A DNA stretch of 63,463 nt, filler included, from Ministeria vibrans ATCC 50519 (lineage: Eukaryota > Protista > Filasterea), in assembly GCA_943704425.1 (NCBI GenBank). It is 6 parts of 6 records of this genome, joined end to end, with 100 filler letters (N's around TTAATTAATTAA, not from the genome) between each part and the next. Parts side by side here need not be neighbours in the genome. Positions count along the whole stretch, not along the records: positions 44,788 to 52,733 come from CALSCP010002152.1; positions 52,834 to 55,060 come from CALSCP010000544.1; positions 55,161 to 63,463 come from CALSCP010000926.1; 3 more parts are not named here. One strand, 5' to 3'. This document shows positions 49,554 to 63,463 of this stretch, in pieces. The first letter of the stretch is position 1, and the number at the start of each line of letters is the position of its first letter. Under the pieces are notes generated by a model that did not search any database, had not been told where the DNA came from, and saw only the letters and a list, made by a program, of their open reading frames with translations. Both the position numbers and the translations under genes were made by a program.

Positions 49554-50531
49554 ATGCTAGTGTTCTTGGTTGGTGCCATTGACTTATGGCTTACGCCACA
49601 TGTGTGGCACTTGTATATGTCGGCGAATGAGGAAGACAATATCAGCGGACACTGGATTGTGTTCTTGTCCTTGCTTGTCTGCGTGACCGTGGCTGCCGTT
49701 ATCCAATCTTTTATGGCTTCTGCTCCGAATTTAGACTTGCGCTGTGAGGTGAACCTCATGCCGCCTATGCTAATTCAGACAAACATTTTTATGTGTGTTT
49801 GGACTCTCGAGAACTTCGATTCAACCTCCCCTGCTGTTTTCACCGGATTAAATTCTACCTCCCGTGCTTTTTTCAACAGATTAAATTCTGACACCCCCCC
49901 CTCGGTTATCATCGCCCTTTCTTTAGGGGTATTTCACCTGGTGGGACTTACATTATCTTTAGAGGGTCTCTCTAGATTATTTCATGAATATCATCTCACT
50001 ACCAACATCAAAGCGTTTAAATGTATGGCTTACTCTCTGATTCTTTTCATTCTGAACGTTTGTTGGGGGACTTATCCGTTTCATCACTTGTTGAACGCTA
50101 TTATCACGGGGCTTATACCAAATCTTCATGACAATTTTAAGTCTTATGTGGTCCGAAATTATGAGCCTTACAAAGCGTGGATCCTTACCACGCTCTACCT
50201 CTCAGCCTTTGCAATTATCTGGCCTCTGTCTTGGTTTCCGGACGAACTCGGCGAGTATGTTGGATTTGTGCTGGGGCTTTTGACAAACACTGGGTTGGAG
50301 AAGGTATGGTCTGACAACGGGGAGAGGTGGCACTGTTGCCTTCGCTGGCTCGAACGGATTTCTCGTCTCGGATTTTTGGTATGCTCCGTAGCGTTTTACG
50401 GACATCTCTGCCAGAGGTTTTCTGTGCCTTTCGACAATTTTGACCAAAAACTTGCAGCACTTACGAGCTTCTTCCTGAGCGTTTCTGTGCAAGCGTACAG
50501 AAGCGGTCTCGTACATGAACATCTGGAATGA
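49554..50531 (+). CDS. Hypothetical multipass membrane protein
   Basis: 325-codon uninterrupted ORF with many hydrophobic segments; no family recognised. Confidence 0.55.
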   Translation: MLVFLVGAIDLWLTPHVWHLYMSANEEDNISGHWIVFLSLLVCVTVAAVIQSFMASAPNLDLRCEVNLMPPMLIQTNIFMCVWTLENFDSTSPAVFTGLNSTSRAFFNRLNSDTPPSVIIALSLGVFHLVGLTLSLEGLSRLFHEYHLTTNIKAFKCMAYSLILFILNVCWGTYPFHHLLNAIITGLIPNLHDNFKSYVVRNYEPYKAWILTTLYLSAFAIIWPLSWFPDELGEYVGFVLGLLTNTGLEKVWSDNGERWHCCLRWLERISRLGFLVCSVAFYGHLCQRFSVPFDNFDQKLAALTSFFLSVSVQAYRSGLVHEHLE

Positions 50532-50949
50532 ATAAAAAGTACTCCGTAATGATAATGTTATGTTAAACTCCGTTCGGTTCCCAGTTTCACTGAATTTATT
50601 GAAATAATTGCAATGAGCGCATCTCCCAATGGTCAATCGTGTAAGTACACCGTAGCGGCTATGTACCTCTTCTCTTCTCGACCATCATCCACAAATGCGC
50701 CCCTTGGGAAGGAAACCTAGAGTTACAACCTCCCATACCACAACCTCTTTGTCGACTCGTCCAAGCCCGAGTGGTCTGCGATCGTGTGAAACCACGTGCT
50801 TGGTAGAACATCCGACACATATCTTCTACTCGCTAAGAAATGAAACATATTATGAGCTCGAGGCCGCGTGTCGAAAGTAAACAAGCCAGTAGTAAAGCGT
50901 GATACACCGCGAACACTTTGAGAAAGAGGGTCATCCGTGAGTGCTTATC

Positions 50950-51897
50950 ACTTACCGAAGTATCGAATGGCAACATTCCGTTAAAGCGTGTTGCAGTGGC
51001 AAACATGAGAGACATGTCCGTGACACTCTGAGAAGCAGACCTGTTCGTGAGTGCTTGACGTCAAAGTCACTTACCGTGTCGTCGCCGCGAACCCTGAAAC
51101 GTTTATTTCGCGTCCAGACGTTCCAGACACTTTGAAAACTGTCGACGCTGCCCCCGCTGGCTCCTCTCCTGCGCTCGTCATAGCTGGAAAGGATACCTAT
51201 GCCTTCTCCCCTGCGCTGGTCACAGATGGAGAAGGAAATGTCGTCCATTTTGGCGCCCAAAATCAAAAATCAAAAATTATTTATCAGTCGCATGACAGAC
51301 ACAAATTTTCACTTTTTTTCTAAAAACTTAAAAGTAAGTTACTATTTCCATCACCACGGGGTGCAGGGGTTGTATACGCGTGTGTTGGGATGCGAAATGG
51401 GGTGTTGTGGTGGATATTTGTTTGCCAAGGATTTGCCGTTGGACGTAAGATAAGACATTTTTAGCTGTGATTTATTACCCGTTGTTCCACTTCCTCGGCC
51501 ACGGCACGGAAGATGGTTGCGTTGTTGTTATGGGACAACAACTCCCAAAACAAACAGTGATTGACGCACTGCAAGCAAGCACAGATCGTGATTGGTTGCA
51601 GAATTTGAAAGTCCCATTGGTCCACTGTCATGCCCATGCGGGTACAAGTTTGAGTAAGCTCCGACGCATTATTCCATCAATTTGAGATATTTGTCTTTAG
51701 ATGAGGCCTACCTGCATCAGACGATGACTTTCGTTGAAGTTCACACGAATGATTTGAGTTGTTTGACCAAATTCACTTGGAATATTCCCGGGAAGGTTTT
51801 CGATGAGAGCGACGAGATTTGGTATCACACGGGTCTCATGCCACATCTCCTTCGTAATGATCGCGTTCTTGCATACTTGGAGAAGTCAATTGAATGA
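50950..51897 (+). CDS. Hypothetical multi-exon protein with a possible His-Gly/Cys (clan CD-like) motif; boundaries uncertain
   Basis: ORF pieces flanked by AG/GT sites; FHFLGHG...LKVPLVHC. Confidence 0.35.
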
Positions 51898-52198
51898 AAC
51901 TCACTCTGGAAAACAAGAAAACAAAAACAAACAAAAAAACAAGCAGTAACTGACTCTCGACGGCGCAGTACTTCCTGCAGACAACCGAGTCGCGCAAAAC
52001 GTCAGATCTTGTATATTTCATTCCGTTTGGCGGCTTGACCGCATAAATGCATTTTCCTTCATTCTCCAATCTTGGGTGAGTTTTTTCCTGTTCCTCCTCC
52101 TTGCTCACAGGATCCTCCTCATTTAGTTGGTGAATATAGATATGAGGGACGAGCCAGCCTCCTGCGATTTTTCTTGTGTTACTTCGCTGCTGACTTCC

Positions 52199-52520
52199 AT
52201 TTCTCTTATAAGAGGTAGATGGGAAAAAGTGCCCAAGCTAAAAAGTCATAAAAGGAATAGAAAACTTATCAAATGCGCAGAAAATATCTCCTGATGTTTT
52301 TTTGTTGTTTTTGCAACATTTTTGCCGTCAGGAGAAATTCTCTTTGGGCACTTTTTCTGATTTCTCTTATAAGAGGTAGATGGGGAAAAGTGCCCAAGCT
52401 AAAAAGGCACAAAAGGAATAGAAAAATTATCAAATAAGCAAAAAAGAACGATTGCCTTCTCCTGATGTTTTTTCGTTGTTTTTTTTTGCAAATTAGTCAA
52501 GCTCCCAAAACTTTTCCAGG
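52199..52520. repeat. Two diverged ~160-bp tandem copies
   Basis: ATTTCTCTTATAAGAGGTAGATGGG.AAAAGTGCCCAAGCTAAAAAG at 52199 and 52360. Confidence 0.85.
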
Positions 52521-52684
52521 AGAAATTTTTTTTTCTGATCGTGAACCGTGCCACAAAGTACAAAATACAACCCTAATGACTATACCAAAATAACTATCTA
52601 ACCCATACATATGCTATTCCCTGTGTACATCAATAGGTATGCATATGTATACGTACTACACCTACATATGTATATGAATATCCC

Positions 52685-52724
<40 letters not shown>

Positions 52725-53181
52725 CTATAGTATNNNNNNNNNNNNNNNNNNNNNNNNNNNNNNNNNNNNNNNNNNNNTTAATTAATTAANNNNNNNNNNN
52801 NNNNNNNNNNNNNNNNNNNNNNNNNNNNNNNNNCGCTTGCTGTTGAAATCGGAGCCAAGCGAAATCAATGAGCAACTTACAAGTAGTCAAGAAGCCGCAA
52901 ATAACAATTAAAAATGACCAGTTTTGAACCATTGCATTGTATTATGACTACTATTACTCTACGATCTCCTTGGACTCGATTGTATTGAATACGATTTTAC
53001 AAAATTAACATAATAGTATTTTTTTGTGACCTCGTATTGGAAATGTCTTCTCCTGATAATTGATTCTTATTTCTTTTACATAATATTTTTCACATTGCGA
53101 CTTCTCGTCGCCCCCTTCCCCCCTACAGGCTTGAGCTAAGCAGATCCAGAGCGTGTGTCTGTGTGCGTGTGGGCCGGAGTG

Positions 53182-54784
53182 ATGAATCGAACGGGTCGCG
53201 ATGTCAAGTCAGTGCACGGAACCAATCCACAGTTTCTCGTCGAGAAGATCACCCGTCTGCGCATCCAGGAGTCCTTCTTCTGGCTTGAGTTTTGTTTTGC
53301 ACTCACAGGTAGAGCGACAGAGTGAGTGTATGTGTGTGTGTGTGTGTGTTTTTGGCGTGTTGTAGATTCTCGTCGCGACGTTTTTCCTCTTTCTGCTCCG
53401 CTTTCCCTCTTTCCCCTCGTTTCATTGCGTCTCATTATGATGACCATGTGCCAATGCTGCTGCCACACTGCCGTCTGCATGGAAACGGTCGTTGTGTTTG
53501 ATGGATTTAGAGCGTCCAACGGGTTTTCTGACAATGCACAACTGTGCGCTTTGCAGCGGAATCACTGGTCGAGCGTGCTGTTGAGCTGGACCACATTGGC
53601 GGCACCGTGTCGTCGACCATCAAGGTAAGGTGCACGCCGAGGGAGCGCTGTCGCCCTGACCGTTGTGCTCCTTCCTCCTGTGCAGCCAACGCCCTTCCTG
53701 TGTCTCGTCCTCAAGCTGCTGCAGCTGCAGCCAGAGAAGGAGGTGATCCTGCAGTACATCCTGCAGGACGACTTCAAGTACGCCCGTGTGCTGGGCGCCT
53801 TCTACCTGCGCCTCACTTGCTCGCCGCTCGACTGCTACAAGTACCTTGAGCCGCTGTACAACGACTATCGCAAGCTGCGCTTTCTCGTATGAAATTCTTT
53901 CTGATGGTACAATATGTTATCTTGATTCTGAATCTTTTTGTTTGTAGAATCCCGACGGTTCGTATGAACTGACGCACGTCGATGAGTTTATTGATACGTT
54001 GTTGCGAGACGATCGTGTGTGCTCAATTACTCTTCCGCGCATTCCAAAGGTAAATGTGAGGGGGGCGTGGGGGGTCACTCATCTCCCAAATTTGGTATTG
54101 TTTTGTTGTCGTTAGCGTCACGTAATGGAAATTAATGGAGATTTGGAGCCGCGGGAGTCGCTGCTGTTTGATGATTTGGGTAACGAAAAGGGAAGAGAAA
54201 TTGGAAAACGTGACAGTATTATTTTTGCAGAGGATTTGTTGAAGGAAGGAAAAGAGGACGAGGAGGAAGAAGAAGAAGAAGCGAAGGAGAAGGAAAGGGA
54301 GGAGGAGAAGGAGGAGGAACGAAGGGAGCGACGGAGGAAAGAGCGGAAAGAGGAGGATTCGATGCGACGAAGAGAACGCGACGAAGGACGAGAACGAAAC
54401 CGAGATCGAGACAGCGAGAGAGACAGAGACAGAGACAGAGACAGAGACAGAGACAGAGACAGAGACAGACGCGACTCGCACGACTCGCGCGACTACCATC
54501 GTCGAAGGGACTATGATCGAGACGGTGAACGGGACGACTATGATCGGGAGGAGAAGGAGCGCAGACGTGAGAGGGAGCGCAGGCGTGTGGAGAGTCGCTA
54601 TAGTGAGTCACGCGCAAAGGAATCTTCCAAGTCTGATCATCGCCTGCGGTACAAGTCATCGAAGGACAGTGCAGGTGGCAGTGGGGGTGAGAAGAAGGGG
54701 AAGGCGGAGACGACCGAGGCGGATGAAATTGCGGAGGCCAATGCGGTGCGCGCCCAGCTTGGTCTCAAGCCATTGCAATTGTGA
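53182..54784 (+). CDS. PRPF38A: Pre-mRNA splicing factor 38A with RD/RE-rich tail
   Basis: SVHGTNPQFLVEKITR.RI, PTPFLCLVLKLLQLQPEKE, DFKY.R.LGAFYLRL, YLEPLYNDYRKLR, EIAEANAVRAQLGLKPL. Confidence 0.95.
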
Positions 54785-54838
54785 AACTGATCAAATTCAA
54801 AAAATCAAAAATATACTTTCTCTTTGAAACTTCTCACC

Positions 54839-54881
54839 ATGTTTCTTGTTGACTGGTTCTGGGGCGTCCTGGGCTACCTTG
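54839..54881 (+). CDS. SAR1: First exon of the Sar1 GTPase (rest lost at the contig end)
   Basis: MFLVDWFWGVLGYL|G followed by a GT donor: typical Sar1 amphipathic N-terminus. Confidence 0.75.
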
Positions 54882-55211
54882 GTACGAAAGCGGAGGACAT
54901 GACACGTCGTAAATGTTTTCCCGTCCTCTCCGCAATTTGGACCCCTCTGTCTCCCTGTCTCTATGCCACCCTCAACGCAATCTTCTTGGCACCTTCTCGT
55001 GTGTGCGACATGTGAAATGGCTCAAGACGCGACCCCAAAAATAGAGAAAGAAGAAAAAAANNNNNNNNNNNNNNNNNNNNNNNNNNNNNNNNNNNNNNNN
55101 NNNNTTAATTAATTAANNNNNNNNNNNNNNNNNNNNNNNNNNNNNNNNNNNNNNNNNNNNAAGAAGAATAACAAAATAATCAGAGAATACAACCCATTTA
55201 AAAATTAAAAA

Positions 55212-55343
55212 AAGAATACAACCCATTTATTAATGATACAAAGACACAGCCAGACCGCCTTGCAAACTCTCGAGGTAACATGGGTGATGGGAGAACAGTG
55301 GCGGGTCATAGTGCTGTGTCGACGCTATGCAGTGAGGCAATTG
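55212..55343 (-). repeat. Another truncated copy of the LINE-like 3' end family
   Basis: AAGAATACAACCCATTTATTAATGATAC...GCTGTGTCGACGCTATGCAGTGAGGCAATTG. Confidence 0.75.
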
Positions 55344-55403
55344 AGTGGAAGAAAAAAATTATACCATCGTTACTTTTTTTTTTATTATCTTTCTTTCTCG
55401 ATC

Positions 55404-57144
55404 ATGAAGATCCTCGTTCTCGGGGGCTACGGGAGTTTTGGTTCGAGGATAGTTGAGAGACTGGCATGCGATCCGTTTGTGTCAGAGGTGATCATTGGTG
55501 GTCGTTCGAGCTCGGCAGCGCTGAAGTTGGCGGCACTCCTGGACGCACGCAAATCAACCACTGCACAGCTCAGGGGAGCCGCTGTGGATGCCAACGATCG
55601 ACAGGCGCTGCGCGAGTGTCTGCACAAGACCAAGGCCGACATGTGTGTGCACACAGCGGGGCCGTGGCACGACACGCGCGTGGCAGAGACGTGCATTGCG
55701 TCCCAAGTACACTACGTGGACATTGCGGACAATCGCGCCTTTGTCGCGGGCTTTGAGGCGCGCCTCGATGCACAAGCGAAGCAGCAGGGTGTTGTTGCGG
55801 TTGCCGGGGCGTCGTCGGTGCCGGGGCTTTCTTCGTCTGCTCTCCAGCACCTTGTCGAGCAGTGCGGCGTCTCTTCGCCCACCCGTGTTGAAATGGCAAT
55901 CTCGCCGGGAAATCGGACGGTTCGCGGACCCGCCGTGGTCGAGAGCATCATGTCATACTGTGGTAAGCTTATGCCCGTGTGGCGCAATGGGAAACTCGAC
56001 GCTGCCTATGGATGGTCAGAGGTATGTATGACAAGCAGGCGGAATACCATACGATACATTCTCTTCGCAGGTGCGTGCTCACGCCTTTCCCGGCTTTGGT
56101 CCGCGTCTACTTGCGCTGTGTGATGTACCCGATACGGACTTGTTGCACCGAGCTTTTCCGACGTTACGTGACGTGAAATTCGGAGCGGGCGTTGAGCTCT
56201 CCGTCATGCAACTCGGTGCTGTTGCGATGGGACTTGTTGCACGAGCGGGACTCGTACAAAACTGGTCGCGCTATGCACAGGCACTGACACGCGCGAGCTT
56301 GTTGTTCTGGCCGTTTGGCAGTGTTGATGGAGGCATGTATGTGCGTGTGAGCAACGACGCAGGAGCAACGGCGCAGTGGGATATAATGGCCGGGGACGGG
56401 GATGGACCGCAGATACCGTCGACGGGCGCAGTGCTGGTGTGTCGTCAGATGGCACGTCAGAGTGCCCGTTCGGGTGAGGCTCCTTTCACAGCGTCAGGGA
56501 AACCACTGAGTGCTGGCGCACACACGAGCGTAGGACTCTTCCCACTGCGTGTGTATGAGGAAGAGATGAGCGAATATGACGTGAGCACACACATTGCGCG
56601 AGGCACTGATGGCGATGTAGCGGACTCAAGGGATGCTGACGAGGCAGTCTACGTCAAGGTGGAGCCGGGAACGACACGATTGGAGCGATTCATGCTGAAG
56701 TACCTGCTGCACTTGCCCATCGAGTCCCCTTTCTACGTCGAGCACCAGAGCGACGCGGGTGAGACAGTGCGACTACGCAGTCTACTGATGGCTCTGTGGG
56801 GCGACGACCGCGCGACACGAGGCACGCTGGTCGGGCGCCATGCACTGAGGCAGGTGTCGCGGCAAACCACTGTCGCACACGGATCAGTGGCGTACACCAC
56901 GTACACATGCGATGGGTATACGATGGAGCAGCAGTGGCGAGCGCTTGCGACGGGCTCCACTACGCGTCCTTCGCTCGGCCTCCGCCGTGAGGTGACGCGC
57001 GTCTGGCTCTGTGGTCTGCCCCTACCTAAAGCGCTCACTCCTCGTTTGCGCTGGTACGACAACGGCAAAATCTTTTGCGGCGAGCGTGGCATTGCTCGCG
57101 CCATTCCCTCCTCGCAGCTCGAGGCTCATGCGACAATAAAATAA
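55404..57144 (+). CDS. Bacterial-type saccharopine dehydrogenase-like oxidoreductase with a C-terminal extension (possibly DUF4166-like); one intron at ~56022-56070
   Basis: MKILVLGGYGSFG, HTAGP, HYVDIAD, GASSVPGLSS, ISPGNR..RG, CDVPD, GDGPQIP. Confidence 0.85.
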
Positions 57145-57240
57145 AATTTGTATTGAATATTGTGAATATATTTATGTATTGTACGGAAACCTCAACGGTG
57201 GGTACAGTGTTGTCACACACACACACACTCTTTCTCTCTA

Positions 57241-57273
<33 letters not shown>

Positions 57274-57323
57274 ATCGCGTTCTTTCATTCTTCTATCTAT
57301 CTATCTCGCTATGTGCATGTATG

Positions 57324-58171
57324 TTACAGAGTCTTGTGAGTGAAGCGTTTCTCATGGAGATCAGTGATTTTGTCACGAACTCCTCCAAGTTTGTCCATGA
57401 GCGAGCGCAACATGCGCTCGTCCTCTTCAAAGTGTGAGAAAGGATTCTCTTCCTTGGGGGCCGTTGCGGATGCTGGGGGAGCTGTCGTGGAGGATGCGCC
57501 AGAGGGCGATGTGCTGTTATCTGCTGGGGTGGTTGTGTCAGCGTTGCTTTCGTCGTGTGCTGCTGTGGTTGATGTAGTGGTTGTCGCGGTGCTTCCTTCT
57601 GTGTTGACCGTCCATGCTGAGCGAGCAGTGAGTTCGCGACGAATGTGGTCGCTGACGAGTGCCTCTTGTTCTCGCTGGATGTCGTCCATGAGAGCAAAGA
57701 CTTCCTGTCACATACGAAACAGGAGTCAGGAGGGTGATGCGGATAGGAAAATGGGGTACCCTTGAGTCACGGCCAAAGGCATTCATGTCTCCACGAAGAA
57801 AGGACTGCTTGAGTGCGGCGAGTTCAGCTTCGATGGCAAGTGGATCGATTGAGGTGGTAGTGGTCGAAGGGGGCGCGGACGCACTGGAGGCTGTTGCAGC
57901 TGCACCAGCGGCAGCTGCTGTAGGCGGCACGCCTGTCGATGTGGATGTCGTCGCACCGGCGGCTGTGGTGCTGGTGCGAGTGACGGTGCTGGCGTAGGCG
58001 GGTGAGGACGACGACGCAGCAGGCGCGGGCGGAGTCGACGCCGCCGCTGCCACCAAGTCGTGCTCCTTTGCGGAGAACAGGCCAAACAGGTCTTCGCCTG
58101 TCGCTTTCTGGTACCTAAGAGTACATAGCCGGGGAGGAGTGTCAGTCCATGAGAAGCGAGGGCAAAAACCG

Positions 58172-58267
<96 letters not shown>

Positions 58268-59752
58268 GAGGGAGAAAGAAACAAAGTGATAGAGACAGAG
58301 AGAGAGAGGAGGGAGAAAGAAACAAAGAGAGAGAGAGACCCGGCAGTTTCATAGCTCGGCTGCGTCACTGGGCTTAAGCCGAATTTGGGCCTTGTTGGAT
58401 CATCGCTGGTAGTCGCGCCGCCTCCCAACAGACGCCTAGTTGCGGCTGTTTTGCTTAGTTCCGACATGCAAGTTGAAGAAAAGTAATAAAAAAATGAATG
58501 ATAAATGATTCATGATTATTGATTNNNNNNNNNNNNNNNNNNNNNNNNNNNNNNNNNNNNNNNNNNNNNNNNNNNNNNNNNNNNNNNNNNNNNNNNNNNN
58601 NNNNNNNNNNNNNNNNNNNNNNNNNNNNNNNNNNNNNNNNNNNNNNNNNNNNNNNNNNNNNNNNNNNNNNNNNNNNNNNNNNNNNNNNNNNNNNNNNNNN
58701 NNNNNNNNNNNNNNNNNNNNNNNNNNNNNNNNNNNNNNNNNNNNNNNNNNNNNNNNNNNNNNNNNNNNNNNNNNNNNNNNNNNNNNNNNNNNNNNNNNNN
58801 NNNNNNNNNNNNNNNNNNNNNNNNNNNNNNNNNNNNNNNNNNNTCTTGTTAATTAAGATTTTTATTTTTTGTCCATGGTCGGTGCTACAACTATTTGGTA
58901 CAGTGGCCCTGCTGTCCGGCAAGCAGGTCGGTGCGCAATGAATGCATGTCACTTAACATGCGATCGCGTTCGTTGGCAAACTGGGTGCGCAGGGAACGCA
59001 TAGATTCGCCAACAGACGCACTTAAGTGAGAACGTGAGGAGGTGATGTCTGACTCAAGAGACTGGCGGAATTGCTGTGCTTGCGAGTGAAGCATTGAGAA
59101 TTCTGAGATGGGAGACGATGTCGAGACTGTGTGGTTGGAGGAAAGGGAAGGGGGTGCGAGGAGAGAGGAGAGAAGGGAGGAGGAAGAAGAAGAGAGAGAG
59201 TGCGACGAGGAGACAGAGGAGACGCCGACTCGTTCGAGAGGCGACTCGCTTGAGCGTAGCGTGGCCAATGATGTTCCACCGCGCGCGACAGATGAGCGCT
59301 TGTACGTGCTCGCCTTGGCCGAGGCTCCCTTTGGCTTCTTCTTTGACGTGAGTAGCGTGTGGAGAATCGTGACAAGAGCACTTGGTGGTGGCTCATATTC
59401 AGGCGGTGGCGTGTCCCCTTTTTCGGGCTCGTCTGACTCGTTTTCCTGTGTATGTTCATCGATAGCGCTTGTCTCGCCCACTTCCTCTTCCCCCTCGTTT
59501 CGACCAGAATCCCTTTCCTCGTCAGTTGGGTCGCAAGATAGATTCACACAAGATCCAGCGGCGACATCTTCGCCGCATGTAGAATCAGGTGGCGGTGAGA
59601 ATCGAGAGTACCTTGATGCCTTCTCGTCCCCCGAGTGACCGCCAGATTCAGTATTTTGACTATTTTCAGAGACGATTCCGCTTTTTCCTTCTTCTTCTTC
59701 TTCTTCTTCTTCTGCGTTCTCTCCTACGTCTTCTTCTTCCTCTTCCTCTTCC

Positions 59753-59783
<31 letters not shown>

Positions 59784-60081
59784 CTTCTTCTTCTTCTTCT
59801 TCTTCTTCTTCTTCTTCTTTGACTTCATCAACTTCTTCTGCTTCTTCTGCTTCTTCTGCTCTCTCTTCTTCCGCTCCCCCTTCTTCTGCCTCCTCCCCTT
59901 CTTCCTCTGCTCCCAACTCGATGACCTTCCCCTTCCCTTCGTCTGAGTCTCCCTCTACATCTGGACCAGACTCGTTCGCTTCCCCTCCTCCTGTCCGTTC
60001 TCTCTCCGCCCTTGCTTCCTCTTGTACATAGCGATCCCTTAAAGCCTTCAGCTCGGCGAGACTCATGTTGCTGTAATCCAT
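57324..60081 (-). CDS. Hypothetical low-complexity/coiled-coil protein(s), multi-exon, spanning a gap
   Basis: Glu-, Ser- and Thr/Ala-rich exons with coiled-coil segments; no family recognised. Confidence 0.55.
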
Positions 60082-60243
60082 CGCATCGAGAACAAACGAA
60101 AACAAATAAAAAAGACTGGTTAATTAGTCTATAGAAGACTGAAGACTAGTAGTTATTATAATAATTATAATAATAATAATAATCATTATTAAAAGAAGAA
60201 GAATACAACCCATTAATTAAAAAAACTAAAATGGTTCTTGTAT

Positions 60244-62615
<2,372 letters not shown>

Positions 62616-63432
62616 TGCTCAACTGTGGTGTGTGGCGGTGAAGTGATGGAGGAGATTAAGACTAATAGAAAATAAATGTCCAGTGTCAACTGTTCACTGT
62701 CGTCTGTCAAGTGACTTATTTGAATAAGTGAATTTCGTTTTTCGAAACCAGTGCGAAACCATCATTGTTGAAACAAACCAAACTCACACGCTGCACTGAG
62801 TGCACAGCTCACTAATTCGTACGAACTACGAAGTACGGAGTACAGTTATAACAGTAAGTTGTGAGTTTGGTGGATGACAAGACCGGTACCATGAATAGCT
62901 CACGACTGACTCCTCAACTAATCGTGAGCAAGACCCCGCTATTCATATGGTACCCGGTCTTAGTCGTCTTAGTGATCTTACTTATTCTTACAGACGTCTT
63001 GACGGTCTTGTCAAGTTGTCATCCACCAAAGCACCAATCCACAAACCATCAGATTTTTGACTGAACTCACTCCTGAAGTTCCTTATGCATTCATCGGTTC
63101 CTTTTTTATGTCTGCGCCTCTACAGACTACAGTGATTCAGTGAACAGTCTTAGTCAGTCTACGATGGAAGTATTTAGTATTGTGCTGCTCTAAGTGCTCT
63201 TTGTTTTGTATATTGTCTTGTTTTGAGATTGAGTACAGCTCTCGATTCCACCTCAAAATCCTCTATAAATAAAAAATAATAATGACGTATTATTGTATTT
63301 TAGATAATAGATAGTTTTTCTTTTGTCTATCTAAACGTAAGATATTCGCGTGCGCTCTCGCCGTGTTCGCACAGATCATTGTCGTACACGGCCGTCCCTC
63401 TCCCATTCCAGATGAACAACTGCCTCCACGGG

Positions 63433-63463
<31 letters not shown>

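Noticed and set aside
50540-50548. Isolated TACTCCGTA (and GTACGGAGTA at 62833-62842) matching the transposon tip
   Set aside because: Too short and without 18-bp repeats; chance or footprint cannot be distinguished

Overview
This is intron-rich eukaryotic DNA. The gene set (IFT81, MRCK-like kinase, PPM1H-like phosphatase, RapGAP, SH3YL1, a VWA/EGF receptor) suggests a flagellated unicellular holozoan, which is an inference. The window is a concatenation of about 6 contigs or scaffolds joined by artificial N..TTAATTAATTAA..N linkers (about 12.9, 29.0, 44.7, 52.8 and 55.1 kb), so gene adjacency across those points means nothing. Conserved genes are an ML/NPC2 3' exon, RPA49, IFT81, PPM1H-like, MRCK-like, HUS1, ABHD4/5-like, RapGAP, SH3YL1, TFIIF-alpha, a 2OG-Fe(II) oxygenase, PepD, a TRP-like membrane protein, PRP38, SAR1 exon 1, a saccharopine dehydrogenase-like protein and a CaMK1-like kinase. 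Two candidates for undescribed systems stand out. (1) A ~3.7 kb TA-flanked pogo-like DNA transposon (45059-48826) encodes TWO diverged, convergent DD36D transposases. Its ends share a 14-bp terminal motif, but each end carries a different pair of 18-bp repeats. (2) A WD40-Roc-COR-caspase-like (C14) fusion gene (19628-24226) has a sensor-switch-protease layout reminiscent of an apoptosome or NLR. Also notable are an ARM-repeat protein that varies at its binding-face positions, an EGF array with paired extra cysteines, a hAT fragment and a family of LINE-like 3' ends. All calls come from motif recognition by eye; no database searches were run.
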